DNA from: an uncultured virus (IMG/VR IMGVR_UViG_3300025671_000003)
Lineage: Duplodnaviria > Heunggongvirae > Uroviricota > Caudoviricetes
Length of the DNA stretch: 64,000 nucleotides
Strand: one strand, 5' to 3'
IMG/VR virus record: IMGVR_UViG_3300025671_000003
This document shows, in pieces, positions 19,551-28,663 of the stretch. The position numbers and the translations under genes are program-made. Each line of letters opens with the position of its first letter. Within the stretch, counting starts at the first letter, position 1. A model generated the notes under the pieces. It did no database searches, was not told the DNA's origin, and was given only the letters and a program-made list of their open reading frames with translations.

Positions 19551-20762
19551 ATGGCAGTAAGTTTAGCATATAATTTTAATGAGAATAGTACAACAACTAT
19601 AAGGGATTATAGCTCTAATGGTAATGATGGTACTGCTACAGGTATAACATTAGCGAATAGTACAAGGGTAGGAAAGGATGCAGTATTTACAGATAGTACT
19701 AATAGTATAGATTTAGGGGGTATTAGTTATTTAGATGGGGTATCTAATGGGAGTATTCATTTAGGTATTAAGTTGGGGGCTAATGGTAATACAAGAAAAA
19801 TACTAACAAAAGCAGGATTAATAGAGATAAGTACTATAGCAGGTAGTAGTACTATTAGATTTAGTATAACTGATTCTACTGCATCTGTAATAGATTTAGA
19901 TGCTACATTTACTACAGATTTTACTGATTATGATTTAGTAATTAATAGTAATGCAGTAACATTATATCAGGATGGGGTAAGTGTAGATACAGGGGTATTA
20001 AGTGGAGGCACATCATCCTCTGCAGGTAGTATGTATATAGGTTATGATGGATCTGTTAATAGTGCTGAGTTTAACCTAAATGAATTATTAATATTTACAT
20101 CAGCTTTATCTACTACAAATATACAGGCTTTAATAGATAATACTAATGGGGTTTTAATTGGTGGTAGTAATGCTCATGGCTTTGAGTTAGGAGATTTAAT
20201 AGGGGATAATTTTGAGGATTATGCTACAGGTACTTTTGCTGCAGTTAGTTATATACAGGATGTAGATTATTTTAGAATATATCCATTATTAAATACTATT
20301 ATATCAGGTAATAAATTAACTAAGGCAGGGCATATATGGGATACTACAAAAGATAGTTTATTATACATAGATAGTGATGAGATATGTTTTTATGATAATA
20401 TAAATGCTCCTGCAGATGTTTTAGGTAGTACTAAAAAGGAGTTATGTATATCAGCAGATGGGGTTAGTAAAAGCTATACAACTAAAACAGCTAATTATAC
20501 TGCTACTAATTCTGATAAAATAATATTTTGTGATACATCAGGAGGCTCATTTACTATAACTTTGCCAAGTAGCCCAAACGATAAAAAAGAATTAATTTTG
20601 ATAGATGAGGCATCATCATTTGATACTTATCCATTAACAGTTAATCCTAATGGTAATAATATAATTTCACAATCAAATAATGTTTGCTTTGATGCCGAGT
20701 TAAGTAGTATAAAACTATTTTACAAAGGTACAGGGAGTAATCAAGGATGGTTTATAATTTAA
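19551..20762 (+). CDS. LamG-domain tail/receptor-binding protein
   Basis: YNFNE..DYSSNGNDG, LNELLIFTSALS; C-terminal KTANYT...DTSGGSFTITLP domain. Confidence 0.8.
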   Translation: MAVSLAYNFNENSTTTIRDYSSNGNDGTATGITLANSTRVGKDAVFTDSTNSIDLGGISYLDGVSNGSIHLGIKLGANGNTRKILTKAGLIEISTIAGSSTIRFSITDSTASVIDLDATFTTDFTDYDLVINSNAVTLYQDGVSVDTGVLSGGTSSSAGSMYIGYDGSVNSAEFNLNELLIFTSALSTTNIQALIDNTNGVLIGGSNAHGFELGDLIGDNFEDYATGTFAAVSYIQDVDYFRIYPLLNTIISGNKLTKAGHIWDTTKDSLLYIDSDEICFYDNINAPADVLGSTKKELCISADGVSKSYTTKTANYTATNSDKIIFCDTSGGSFTITLPSSPNDKKELILIDEASSFDTYPLTVNPNGNNIISQSNNVCFDAELSSIKLFYKGTGSNQGWFII

Positions 20763-20769
20763 TAAAGAT

Positions 20770-21999
20770 ATGACATATATACCTGAAAGTAAAGTAAAAT
20801 ACTCAGATAGTTTTAATATTGATGCATTTGGTAGGCTTAGAACATCAGAGCTAACTACTCAATTTGATGGCAAACAGTTACATGATAATTTGCCTTTATT
20901 CTATGATACAGAAACCATAGGAACAGGAGGGATAGCTCATAGTACAGCTAATGCAGAGAGTACATTAACAACCTCTACAGGAGCTACAGATGTAGCTATA
21001 ATGCAAACTAAACAGCGTTTCAACTACATGACAGGTAAAAGTGCTTTAGGGTTAATGACTTTTAGGAATTTTGATAATGAAACTGATGTAACTAAAAGAG
21101 TAGGTTATTTTAATAGTAATACTACTACTCCTTTTAACTCTGATTTTGATGGGTTTTATTTAGAGGTAGATGGTACAAATGTTAATTTTGTTATATCTAA
21201 AGGAGGTACAAAAAATACTATTGCTCAGAGTAGTTGGAATGGGGATAAATTAGATGGTACAGGCAAATCAGGAGTTAATTTAAGTTTAGGAACTGAGACA
21301 GGAAACTTACTATTTTGGTTTCAATTTGAATGGTTAGGGGTTGGTAGTGTTGAATGGGGTTTTGTATCTAATGGGGCTTTTTATACTTGCCATAAGGAGG
21401 ATCATATATTAGGGGATGGGATATATATGGAAAGTCCTAATCATAGTTTAAGGTATGAGATAAGGAATACAGGTACATCTGCAGGAACTTTTAGAGCTAT
21501 ATGCTCTACATTTAATACAGAGGGGGCTGTAAATAAAATAGGTAAAACCTTTGCGACTTATTCTGCAGCATCATTATCAGTTAACAGTACTACTACATGG
21601 GAAAGTAATGTTGGAATTAGATTACAAACAACTAAATTAGATACTTTAGCAGATTTATTAGATGGCTCAATATTAGAAACGGCAACCAATAAAAATGGGT
21701 ATTGGGCTTTATTATTAAATCCTACCACTACTACAGATAGTACTACATGGAGTAATTATACTAATAGCTCTATGCAGCATATAACAGCAGGGCAGGTAAC
21801 CATAGCTACAGGTAGTGAGGGTACAATATTACAGATGGGTACTTTTGCAGATAAAGGTACCTTTAATGCTAAATTGGATAGTGCTGTAAGGTTAGGAGCT
21901 ACTATAGGAGGTACAGCAGATAAAATATATTTAGCTTTTTTAGGAATAACAACTACATCAGTAATATATAGCACTTTAAATTGGCGTGAATTAAGTTAA
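20770..21999 (+). CDS. Virion structural protein, beta-rich
   Basis: DAFGRLR...FEWLGVG motif typical of aquatic phage tail proteins. Confidence 0.6.
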   Translation: MTYIPESKVKYSDSFNIDAFGRLRTSELTTQFDGKQLHDNLPLFYDTETIGTGGIAHSTANAESTLTTSTGATDVAIMQTKQRFNYMTGKSALGLMTFRNFDNETDVTKRVGYFNSNTTTPFNSDFDGFYLEVDGTNVNFVISKGGTKNTIAQSSWNGDKLDGTGKSGVNLSLGTETGNLLFWFQFEWLGVGSVEWGFVSNGAFYTCHKEDHILGDGIYMESPNHSLRYEIRNTGTSAGTFRAICSTFNTEGAVNKIGKTFATYSAASLSVNSTTTWESNVGIRLQTTKLDTLADLLDGSILETATNKNGYWALLLNPTTTTDSTTWSNYTNSSMQHITAGQVTIATGSEGTILQMGTFADKGTFNAKLDSAVRLGATIGGTADKIYLAFLGITTTSVIYSTLNWRELS

Positions 22000-22009
22000 A
22001 AAATATTAA

Positions 22010-22438
22010 ATGGATACAAATAAAGCTATAGAATACATAAAAAATAAAGCAGTAACAATAGGGTTAATAGTATTAGCTTTTATAGGCTCTAAAGTATGGG
22101 ATTATACTCAGAAAGGAGCAGAGGCAGATATAAATTCCATTATAGATAAAAGGATAGAAACTAAATTAAATGATAACCATTTAGTACAAACTTTATTAGA
22201 TAGTAAAAAGGTTAAGGAGTTTACAGATAATGCAGGTAAACAGATTAGGGAGGCTATATCTAAGGATATAATGAGGCAGGATACTAATAAGGTTAGCATG
22301 AGGAGTATAATAGGTATAGAGGCTAATTTAAGAGATGAAAATGTACCATACAATATAGGCAAATTATTAAAAGATTATAACTCAGGCAAACTATTCTGTA
22401 AAGATATACAGGGGGTTAGTAATGCTGTTAGGTTTTAA
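22010..22438 (+). CDS. Membrane-anchored lysis-region protein, homolog of 57517..57924
   Basis: N-terminal TM followed by QKGAE. Confidence 0.6.
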   Translation: MDTNKAIEYIKNKAVTIGLIVLAFIGSKVWDYTQKGAEADINSIIDKRIETKLNDNHLVQTLLDSKKVKEFTDNAGKQIREAISKDIMRQDTNKVSMRSIIGIEANLRDENVPYNIGKLLKDYNSGKLFCKDIQGVSNAVRF

Positions 22439-22466
22439 ATTATTAACTTTATAAAAAATTAATGTA

Positions 22467-22682
22467 ATGCCAATTAAACAAAGTGCAGAATGGATAAGTT
22501 TAAATATATTAAACGCTGTATATTTAGTAAAAGAATGGGTACTATTAAATGTAGGAATACAAATGACAGGGGTAGAGAATACACTTATAGATGCAGCTTT
22601 GAAATGGGGCATAGGTTTATCCATATTAGTATTTAATATAGTTAGGATAGTTAAGTATATAAAAGATATGAAAAATAAATAA
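22467..22682 (+). CDS. Small membrane protein, holin candidate
   Basis: Hydrophobic segments, basic C-terminus, precedes the endolysin. Confidence 0.55.
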   Translation: MPIKQSAEWISLNILNAVYLVKEWVLLNVGIQMTGVENTLIDAALKWGIGLSILVFNIVRIVKYIKDMKNK

Positions 22683-22683
22683 A

Positions 22684-23148
22684 ATGAAACTTAGTAAAAA
22701 TTTATATTTATCTGAGGTAATTAAGTCTAATACTGCTATTAGATTAGGTATAAATAATGAGCCTACTGCAGAGCATTTAGAAAATTTAAAAGAGATAGCA
22801 AATAATATTTTTCAACCTTTGAGGGATTATTTTGATGAGCCTATAGGGGTTAGCTCAGGATATAGAAGTATAGCCCTGAATAAAGCTATAGGAGGTAGTA
22901 GTAAAACATCTCAGCACAGTAAAGGGGAGGCATTAGATTTAGATGCTGATATATTTGGGGGTATAGCTAACTCAGAGATATTTGATTATATAAAATATAA
23001 TTTAGATTTTGATCAGATGATTTGGGAATTTGGTACAGATAAAGAGCCTAATTGGGTGCATGTATCATATAAAAAAGGTAAAAATAGAAAGCAAATATTA
23101 AAAGCTGTTAAAGAAAACGGCAAAACTAAATATTATAGTTATGAGTAA
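22684..23148 (+). CDS. Peptidase M15-family endolysin
   Basis: SSGYRS..LN.AIGG...SQH..GEALD, WVHVS. Confidence 0.92.
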   Translation: MKLSKNLYLSEVIKSNTAIRLGINNEPTAEHLENLKEIANNIFQPLRDYFDEPIGVSSGYRSIALNKAIGGSSKTSQHSKGEALDLDADIFGGIANSEIFDYIKYNLDFDQMIWEFGTDKEPNWVHVSYKKGKNRKQILKAVKENGKTKYYSYE

Positions 23149-23617
23149 AGAGGGAGGTACTAAAGTAGGTAACTTTTTAAGAAGTATTAAGGGGGTAGCT
23201 CCTGATATTTTAAAGTTAGCAGGTAATGTAACAGGAGTAGATGCATTAAAAAACTTAGGAGAGGCTATTAAAGGGGATAATAGTATATCTGCTGAGGATA
23301 AGTTAAAAGCATTAGATTTACTGCAGTTAGATATAGAAAATACTAAGGATGCAAGGGATATGCAAAAAGTAGCATTGCAGCAGGATGATATATTTAGTAA
23401 ACGATTTGTTTATTATTTGGCTACTTTTTGGAGTGTAATAGGCTCTGCTTATTTATTTTTAGCTACTTTTACAGAAGTTGTTAATCCTAAAATGGCTGAT
23501 ACTGTATTAGGGTTTTTATTAGGTACTATAGTAGCTACTATTATAAATTTCTTTTTTGGTAGCTCTGCAGGATCAAAAGCTAAAACAGATAATATTATAA
23601 GAAATATAAAAAACTAA
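23141..23617 (+). CDS. Holin-like membrane protein
   Basis: DARDMQ, two TM helices, FFFGSS. Confidence 0.75.
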   Translation: MSKEGGTKVGNFLRSIKGVAPDILKLAGNVTGVDALKNLGEAIKGDNSISAEDKLKALDLLQLDIENTKDARDMQKVALQQDDIFSKRFVYYLATFWSVIGSAYLFLATFTEVVNPKMADTVLGFLLGTIVATIINFFFGSSAGSKAKTDNIIRNIKN

Positions 23618-23661
23618 CCTTTCCATTATTTTGCTCTTTTTTCTTCATGGTTAGTAGGGAG

Positions 23662-23997
23662 TTACTTAGGTAGCTCCCTTTCTTTTATCTCAAAATCTAT
23701 AAACTCATTACCTTTTTTAACTATACTTTTATTAACTGTTAACTGATATATATCCTTATCATTAAAATTATATTTCTTTTGTAGTATATCTAAAAACGGC
23801 TTTAAAGGGTTATCTATATCAGAGCCTTTATTACTAAATCCAAAATCTATTATAATATGATATGGAGGCTCAGGTAGTTTAATAGCAGGTAACATTACTT
23901 TTAACATTACCTCATAATCTTTATATTTTTGAGTTTTAAACCTCCTACCTTTCCATGCCAAATTAACTGATAATGGTTTTATTTTTATTTTATTCAT
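23662..23997 (-). CDS. rusA: RusA-like Holliday junction resolvase
   Basis: PLSVN, DIDNPLK..LD, FNDKDI; start moved to ATG at 23997. Confidence 0.85.
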   Translation of the reverse strand: MNKIKIKPLSVNLAWKGRRFKTQKYKDYEVMLKVMLPAIKLPEPPYHIIIDFGFSNKGSDIDNPLKPFLDILQKKYNFNDKDIYQLTVNKSIVKKGNEFIDFEIKERELPK

Positions 23998-24008
23998 AAA
24001 ATTATTAT

Positions 24009-24016
24009 TAAATTTG
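24009..24016 (+). promoter_or_regulatory. TAnnTTTG element upstream of the structured leader
   Basis: TAAATTTG. Confidence 0.5.
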
Positions 24017-24019
24017 ATT

Positions 24020-24103
24020 TTGTTGAGTAACGGCAACAAGTTAAGAAATTTTTTAAAAGCCTCTAATGATGTAGCCCGTTACCTACTGATTTAGGGGTTT
24101 TTT
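24020..24103 (+). ncRNA. Candidate structured leader RNA with kissing loops and a terminator-like stem
   Basis: Loop GTAACGG (24027-33) is complementary to loop CCGTTAC (24076-82); outer stem AAAAGCCTCTAA/TTAGGGGTTTT. Confidence 0.55.
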
Positions 24104-24106
24104 ATT

Positions 24107-24442
24107 ATGAGTATATATGATGTAAATAAGTGGCGAAAATACCTATTAGAGCTACAAAATGAAAAAAAAGAAAAGAAAACGTATTTAGCATATAATGTTA
24201 GGTATGAATTATATAAAATAGGCAAATCAGATGATCCATTTAATAGGGTTGATGAATTAAATATCAAACACAAAGGAACTATTTTATTAAAAATATGCCA
24301 ATTTGATATTGAAAATAAGCTACATAAATTTTTTAAACATAAAAAAGTTTTAATAAATAATGAAAGGGAGTGGTTTAGTCTTAATCAATTGGATATTAAT
24401 GATATAGAGTACTTTTTTAGTAACAAAAGCCTCATTAAATAA
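24107..24442 (+). CDS. T5orf172/GIY-YIG-like protein
   Basis: YKIGKSDDP..R, E..LH..F, REWF.L. Confidence 0.8.
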   Translation: MSIYDVNKWRKYLLELQNEKKEKKTYLAYNVRYELYKIGKSDDPFNRVDELNIKHKGTILLKICQFDIENKLHKFFKHKKVLINNEREWFSLNQLDINDIEYFFSNKSLIK

Positions 24443-24554
24443 GGTTAATTCTAAGTTAATTATTAAATTAAACTGTTAATTATTATGTAGTGTTAATTAT
24501 TTTGTTTTACTTTGGGGTATTGAAAGAGCAATTTACTAATAAAAACTTTAAGTA

Positions 24555-24755
24555 ATGGATAAATTAAAAACAGTACATTTTAATACAGTAAAAAAAGCCT
24601 TAGAGCATAAGGATAATGAGGAGCAGCATTTGATAGCTCTAAGAAAGTTAGTAATAAACTATGAAAATAATTTTGGAGTATGTAACCTAAGTAACCTACT
24701 ATGGTTTAAATATTTCAATGTATTCAATAAAATAATGTTTAACCAAAATTTTTAA
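24555..24755 (+). CDS. Hypothetical protein
   Basis: First ORF of the early operon. Confidence 0.55.
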   Translation: MDKLKTVHFNTVKKALEHKDNEEQHLIALRKLVINYENNFGVCNLSNLLWFKYFNVFNKIMFNQNF

Positions 24756-24758
24756 AAA

Positions 24759-25244
24759 ATGAGTTTAGAGAAAGCTAAAAAAATACTCTCAGAGCCTATA
24801 CAATCTAATGAGATAGAGTGGAGAGTACAGCAGCAAACAAAATCAGGGGATAAAATTATAATAGTACCATACATTAATAATAGGTGTGTTATGGAGAGAT
24901 TTGATAAAGCCTTTGGATGGGATAAATGGAGTAATGAGTTTACTGAGGTAGATGGTGGATTTATCTGTACTATCAAAATAGAGCATGATAATGGTTTTAT
25001 TATTAAATCTGATGGGGCATCTAAAACTAAAATAGAGCCTGTTAAGGGGGGTATATCTGACAGTATGAAAAGGGCAGCAGTACAGTTAGGATTAGGCAGG
25101 GGGTTATATGATTATCCAAAGGTAATGATAGAAACCACAGGCAAATATATACCTAATTGGGCTGAGGATAGATTAAATAAAATGGTAGATATGATCAATA
25201 AAGGACAATTTAAAGAATATATAGCAATATTAAAACAAAAATAA
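24759..25244 (+). CDS. sak: Rad52/Sak-like single-strand annealing recombinase
   Basis: IEWRVQ, YI..R.VMERFD, KGGISDSMKRAAVQLGLGRGLY. Confidence 0.88.
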   Translation: MSLEKAKKILSEPIQSNEIEWRVQQQTKSGDKIIIVPYINNRCVMERFDKAFGWDKWSNEFTEVDGGFICTIKIEHDNGFIIKSDGASKTKIEPVKGGISDSMKRAAVQLGLGRGLYDYPKVMIETTGKYIPNWAEDRLNKMVDMINKGQFKEYIAILKQK

Positions 25245-25246
25245 TT

Positions 25247-25708
25247 ATGAGAGCAAAAATGGAGGCTTTATTAAAGCAAATAGAATCAGGTAAAATAGAA
25301 ACTGATAAAGCAAAAATTCTAAATTACATTATTAATAATCCTAATAGTACATGGTTAGATATTAAAATATCTTTAAACTTATTAGAAAATACTGCAGGTG
25401 CGAGAATATCAGATTTAGAGGATTTAGGATTAATTATGCCTAAATATACAAAGGAGCAGAGGGGGAGTAACCAAAGTACTTATATATATGTATCTGATGA
25501 GGATGTAAGAAGTGTACTAATAAAGCAAAGGGCTGAGGCTAAAATACTAAAAGCTGTTAAAAAGCTAATGAGTTTTGAGGATACTATACCTGAGTATTTA
25601 TTAGCTGCATTATCTAAATATTACTATTCTCTTTTAACTAAAGAGATGTTAGAGTGTTCAGAATTTGATATAAATAAATATGTAAAATCATTATTAAAAA
25701 CTGTTTAA
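25247..25708 (+). CDS. Winged-helix DNA-binding protein
   Basis: NTAGARISDLEDLGLI. Confidence 0.6.
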   Translation: MRAKMEALLKQIESGKIETDKAKILNYIINNPNSTWLDIKISLNLLENTAGARISDLEDLGLIMPKYTKEQRGSNQSTYIYVSDEDVRSVLIKQRAEAKILKAVKKLMSFEDTIPEYLLAALSKYYYSLLTKEMLECSEFDINKYVKSLLKTV

Positions 25709-25710
25709 TT

Positions 25711-25992
25711 ATGAAGTGGATAAAAACGACAGATAAACTACCTGCAGAGCATTTGAATGTATTAACCTGTAGTGTAATAGCTAATAAAGAGGGGGTAGAT
25801 TTTGTTACCGACTCAATTAAAAAATATAATATTAAAAATCCTGATATTATAGAGCAATGGTACTACCCTGTAATGCAATGTTTTTATGCTGATGGTAGAT
25901 GGTTAACAGCATCTGCAGAGCATGATGGATTAGTAGAGATAGGGGTAACCCATTGGATGATAATGCCTAAAAGCCCTGATAATGAAAACTGA
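25711..25992 (+). CDS. DUF551-like protein
   Basis: MKWIK..DKLP...VTHWM.MP..P. Confidence 0.8.
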   Translation: MKWIKTTDKLPAEHLNVLTCSVIANKEGVDFVTDSIKKYNIKNPDIIEQWYYPVMQCFYADGRWLTASAEHDGLVEIGVTHWMIMPKSPDNEN

Positions 25993-26248
25993 TAATATAT
26001 TAATTACCGCTTTGATACTTACTATTTTAATATCATGTTATAAGGTAGATAATTTAACTAAGGATATAGAGGTATTAACCTATGAGAATGATTTATATAA
26101 AAAAAGATATATTGATCAATCAGAAAAGTTATTAAATCATATCCTAATAAATCTAAAGTTAAATGATATTACAGATACATATAGGAGCAGTAGAAATAAA
26201 AAATTAAAAGATAAAGAGTTAATTAAATTAATGCAAAACGTAAATTAA
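25982..26248 (+). CDS. Membrane-anchored hypothetical protein
   Basis: Hydrophobic N-terminus ending LISC. Confidence 0.55.
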   Translation: MKTDNILITALILTILISCYKVDNLTKDIEVLTYENDLYKKRYIDQSEKLLNHILINLKLNDITDTYRSSRNKKLKDKELIKLMQNVN

Positions 26249-26255
26249 AAAAAAG

Positions 26256-26891
26256 ATGAAAAAAGATATTAAAAGACTATATTTTGATATAGAAACAGTA
26301 AGAGGAGTTATAAATGTAAATCCTGATGATTTAAAAGCCCCATCTAATTATACTGATGTAATGAAAATAGCTGCATATAAAGATAAAAAAATGCAGGAGA
26401 TAAAAGATAAAGCAGGGCTAAACTCATTTACAGCTAAAATATGTAGTATATCATGGGCTGTAGATAATGGGGAGGTACAAAACATAACCTCCATTAATGA
26501 GGATGAGTTAATATATAAGTTTGAAAATGCTATTGATAAAGAGGGCTGTTTTTTTGAGTGGATAGGGCATAATATATTATCCTTTGATTTGCCATTTATA
26601 TTTCATAGATCAGTAAAGTATGATGCAGGTAGATTAAAGTCATTATTGCCTGAGAGTAATAGGCATAATATATATGATACTATGAAGCAGTTAAGCCCTA
26701 CAGATTATAAGGCTATGCATAAGTTATCTGATGCCTGTACTTATATGGGTATTAAAAGCCCTAAAGATGGTATTGATGGTAGTAAAGTTCAGGGTTATTA
26801 TGATGCAGGTAGATTTAATGAGATAGGTTTATACTGTAGTAATGATGTTAAAGCTGTTAGGGATTTACATTTAAAACTTATAAAAAGATGA
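26256..26891 (+). CDS. DEDD 3'-5' exonuclease (PolB exo-like)
   Basis: FDIET, GHNI.SFDLPF, YCSNDV. Confidence 0.88.
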   Translation: MKKDIKRLYFDIETVRGVINVNPDDLKAPSNYTDVMKIAAYKDKKMQEIKDKAGLNSFTAKICSISWAVDNGEVQNITSINEDELIYKFENAIDKEGCFFEWIGHNILSFDLPFIFHRSVKYDAGRLKSLLPESNRHNIYDTMKQLSPTDYKAMHKLSDACTYMGIKSPKDGIDGSKVQGYYDAGRFNEIGLYCSNDVKAVRDLHLKLIKR

Positions 26892-27382
26892 ATAAAATAA
26901 AGCAAACAGATTTAGATAAAATATCCTTGTTTTGTGATAGGCATTTACTACCTTTGGAGTTATTAAAGAGCAAAAATAATACAAGGTTTTATAGTAGCAG
27001 ACGCAAAACATTAGCCTACTTATTACATTTTATTAATGAATGGAGCAGCATTAAAATAGCTTTAATATTAGATAGAAACTCATCTACATTTAGGCTACAG
27101 TTTCCTCAGCATGAATGGGATTTACAGTATGATAAAGCCTATAGGATGAGATGGATGGAGTTAGTAAAGTTGTGGGATAATATGGGGATTAGTATGGATT
27201 TAGCTAAAAACAGCCATAACCTAAAACCTATGAGAATAAAAAATATAAAAACAGGTAAAGAGCATTTTTTTAGGAGTAAATCAGAAACTGCTAAATTTTT
27301 AAAATGCCATAGCTCATTAATAGACTATTATAAGAATAGGGGATTAGATGAGTTTTTAGGATACAAAATTATTAACAATTAA
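26888..27382 (+). CDS. DNA-binding protein (HTH plus NUMOD1-like C-terminus)
   Basis: IALILDRNSST; NIKTGKEHFFRS..E.AKFL. Confidence 0.55.
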   Translation: MNKIKQTDLDKISLFCDRHLLPLELLKSKNNTRFYSSRRKTLAYLLHFINEWSSIKIALILDRNSSTFRLQFPQHEWDLQYDKAYRMRWMELVKLWDNMGISMDLAKNSHNLKPMRIKNIKTGKEHFFRSKSETAKFLKCHSSLIDYYKNRGLDEFLGYKIINN

Positions 27383-27393
27383 ATTAAATAAAA

Positions 27394-27714
27394 ATGAAAG
27401 TAACAGGAAAAGTACAAAGTAAATTACCTGCAGAAAAAGGAACTACTAAAGCAGGTAAAGAATGGATTAAACAAAGTATTGTAATAGATACAGAGGCTCA
27501 ATTTAATCCTTTGGTATGTATTAGCTTTTTTGGAGATGAAAAAATTAAGCTGATTAAAGACCTTAAAAAAGGGGATAAAGTAGATGTAGCTATTAATATT
27601 AGTAGTAGAGAATTTAACAGTAAATGGTATCATAATATAGATGGGTGGGCTGTAGAAAATGCTCAGGCAAATGATACTAATAATACTCCTGCAGAGGATG
27701 GTTTACCTTTTTAG
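27394..27714 (+). CDS. DUF3127 SSB-like OB-fold protein
   Basis: GKEWIKQ, SREFN.KWY, acidic DGLPF tail. Confidence 0.85.
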   Translation: MKVTGKVQSKLPAEKGTTKAGKEWIKQSIVIDTEAQFNPLVCISFFGDEKIKLIKDLKKGDKVDVAINISSREFNSKWYHNIDGWAVENAQANDTNNTPAEDGLPF

Positions 27715-27736
27715 TAACCAATTAAATTAATATATA

Positions 27737-27910
27737 ATGGAGATTTTAATAGTAGGTATAATTAGCCTAATTCAACTAATTTATATTTTATTTGTTATCC
27801 CTAAAAGGATAGATAAAATACAGCAGGATGTAAAAACTACTAATGCTAAATGTGATATTATTAGTAATAACCAAAATATTATTGATAAAAAAGTAAGTAA
27901 GTTAAATTAA
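27737..27910 (+). CDS. 57-aa membrane protein (not in the ORF track)
   Basis: Hand translation MEILIVGIISLIQLIYILFVIPK... Confidence 0.55.
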   Translation: MEILIVGIISLIQLIYILFVIPKRIDKIQQDVKTTNAKCDIISNNQNIIDKKVSKLN

Positions 27911-28016
27911 TTTATTAGTTTAGCTATGAGGTTTGTGGAGGCATCCCTGTAATTAGGTTTTTAGTAACTACCTATCCTCATTTAATCATTAAAAGTTACT
28001 ATTAAAAAGTTACAAA

Positions 28017-28661
28017 ATGGCAAAAGATAAAGCAGCTTTTCAGCTCTATGCTGACCAAAAATCATTATTTGATAATTTACCTGATGATTATGCAGGTAAA
28101 CTAATTAAACATATATTTAGTTATGTTAATGATGATAACCCTACTACTGATGATTTAGTATTAAAGATAGCATTTGAGCCTATTAAACTACAATTAAAAA
28201 GAGATTTAAAAAAGTATGAGGCTAAGTGCTTAAAAAATAAGCAAATAGCAGAGGAGAGATGGAGTAAAAAAGTACCAAAAGATGCGAACGCATACGAACG
28301 CATACCAAATAGTACCAAAAGTACCGATAAGGATAAAGATAAAGATAAAGATATATATAATAATATAAATATTATTAAGTGGGATTCTTTGTTAACTTAT
28401 TTTAATCAGGTAACATCTAAAAAATGTAGGGTAATACCTCAAAAGGCTAAAGTACAATTTAAAGCAAGGTTAAAAGAGGGTTATACAAAAGAGGATATTA
28501 AAAATGCTATACTTAGCTGCTATAATGACAGCTACCACAAAGAAACAAACCATAAATACCTTACTTTAGAATTTATCAGCAGGGCAGATAAGATGGATAA
28601 ATATGCTACAGTTAGCAATAAAGAGCTAACTAAAGGAGAAAAATTATTAGGGAGGATGTAG
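28017..28661 (+). CDS. Replication initiator (DUF6291-like N-terminus)
   Basis: F.LY.D, GKLIKHIF.Y, C-terminal ARLKEGYT.ED domain; precedes the helicase. Confidence 0.8.
   Translation: MAKDKAAFQLYADQKSLFDNLPDDYAGKLIKHIFSYVNDDNPTTDDLVLKIAFEPIKLQLKRDLKKYEAKCLKNKQIAEERWSKKVPKDANAYERIPNSTKSTDKDKDKDKDIYNNINIIKWDSLLTYFNQVTSKKCRVIPQKAKVQFKARLKEGYTKEDIKNAILSCYNDSYHKETNHKYLTLEFISRADKMDKYATVSNKELTKGEKLLGRM
28270..28352 (+). repeat. Iteron-like short repeats inside the initiator gene (putative origin)
   Basis: AGTACC(AAA) x3, CGAACGCATA x2, GATAAA tandem run. Confidence 0.55.
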
Positions 28662-28663
28662 AA

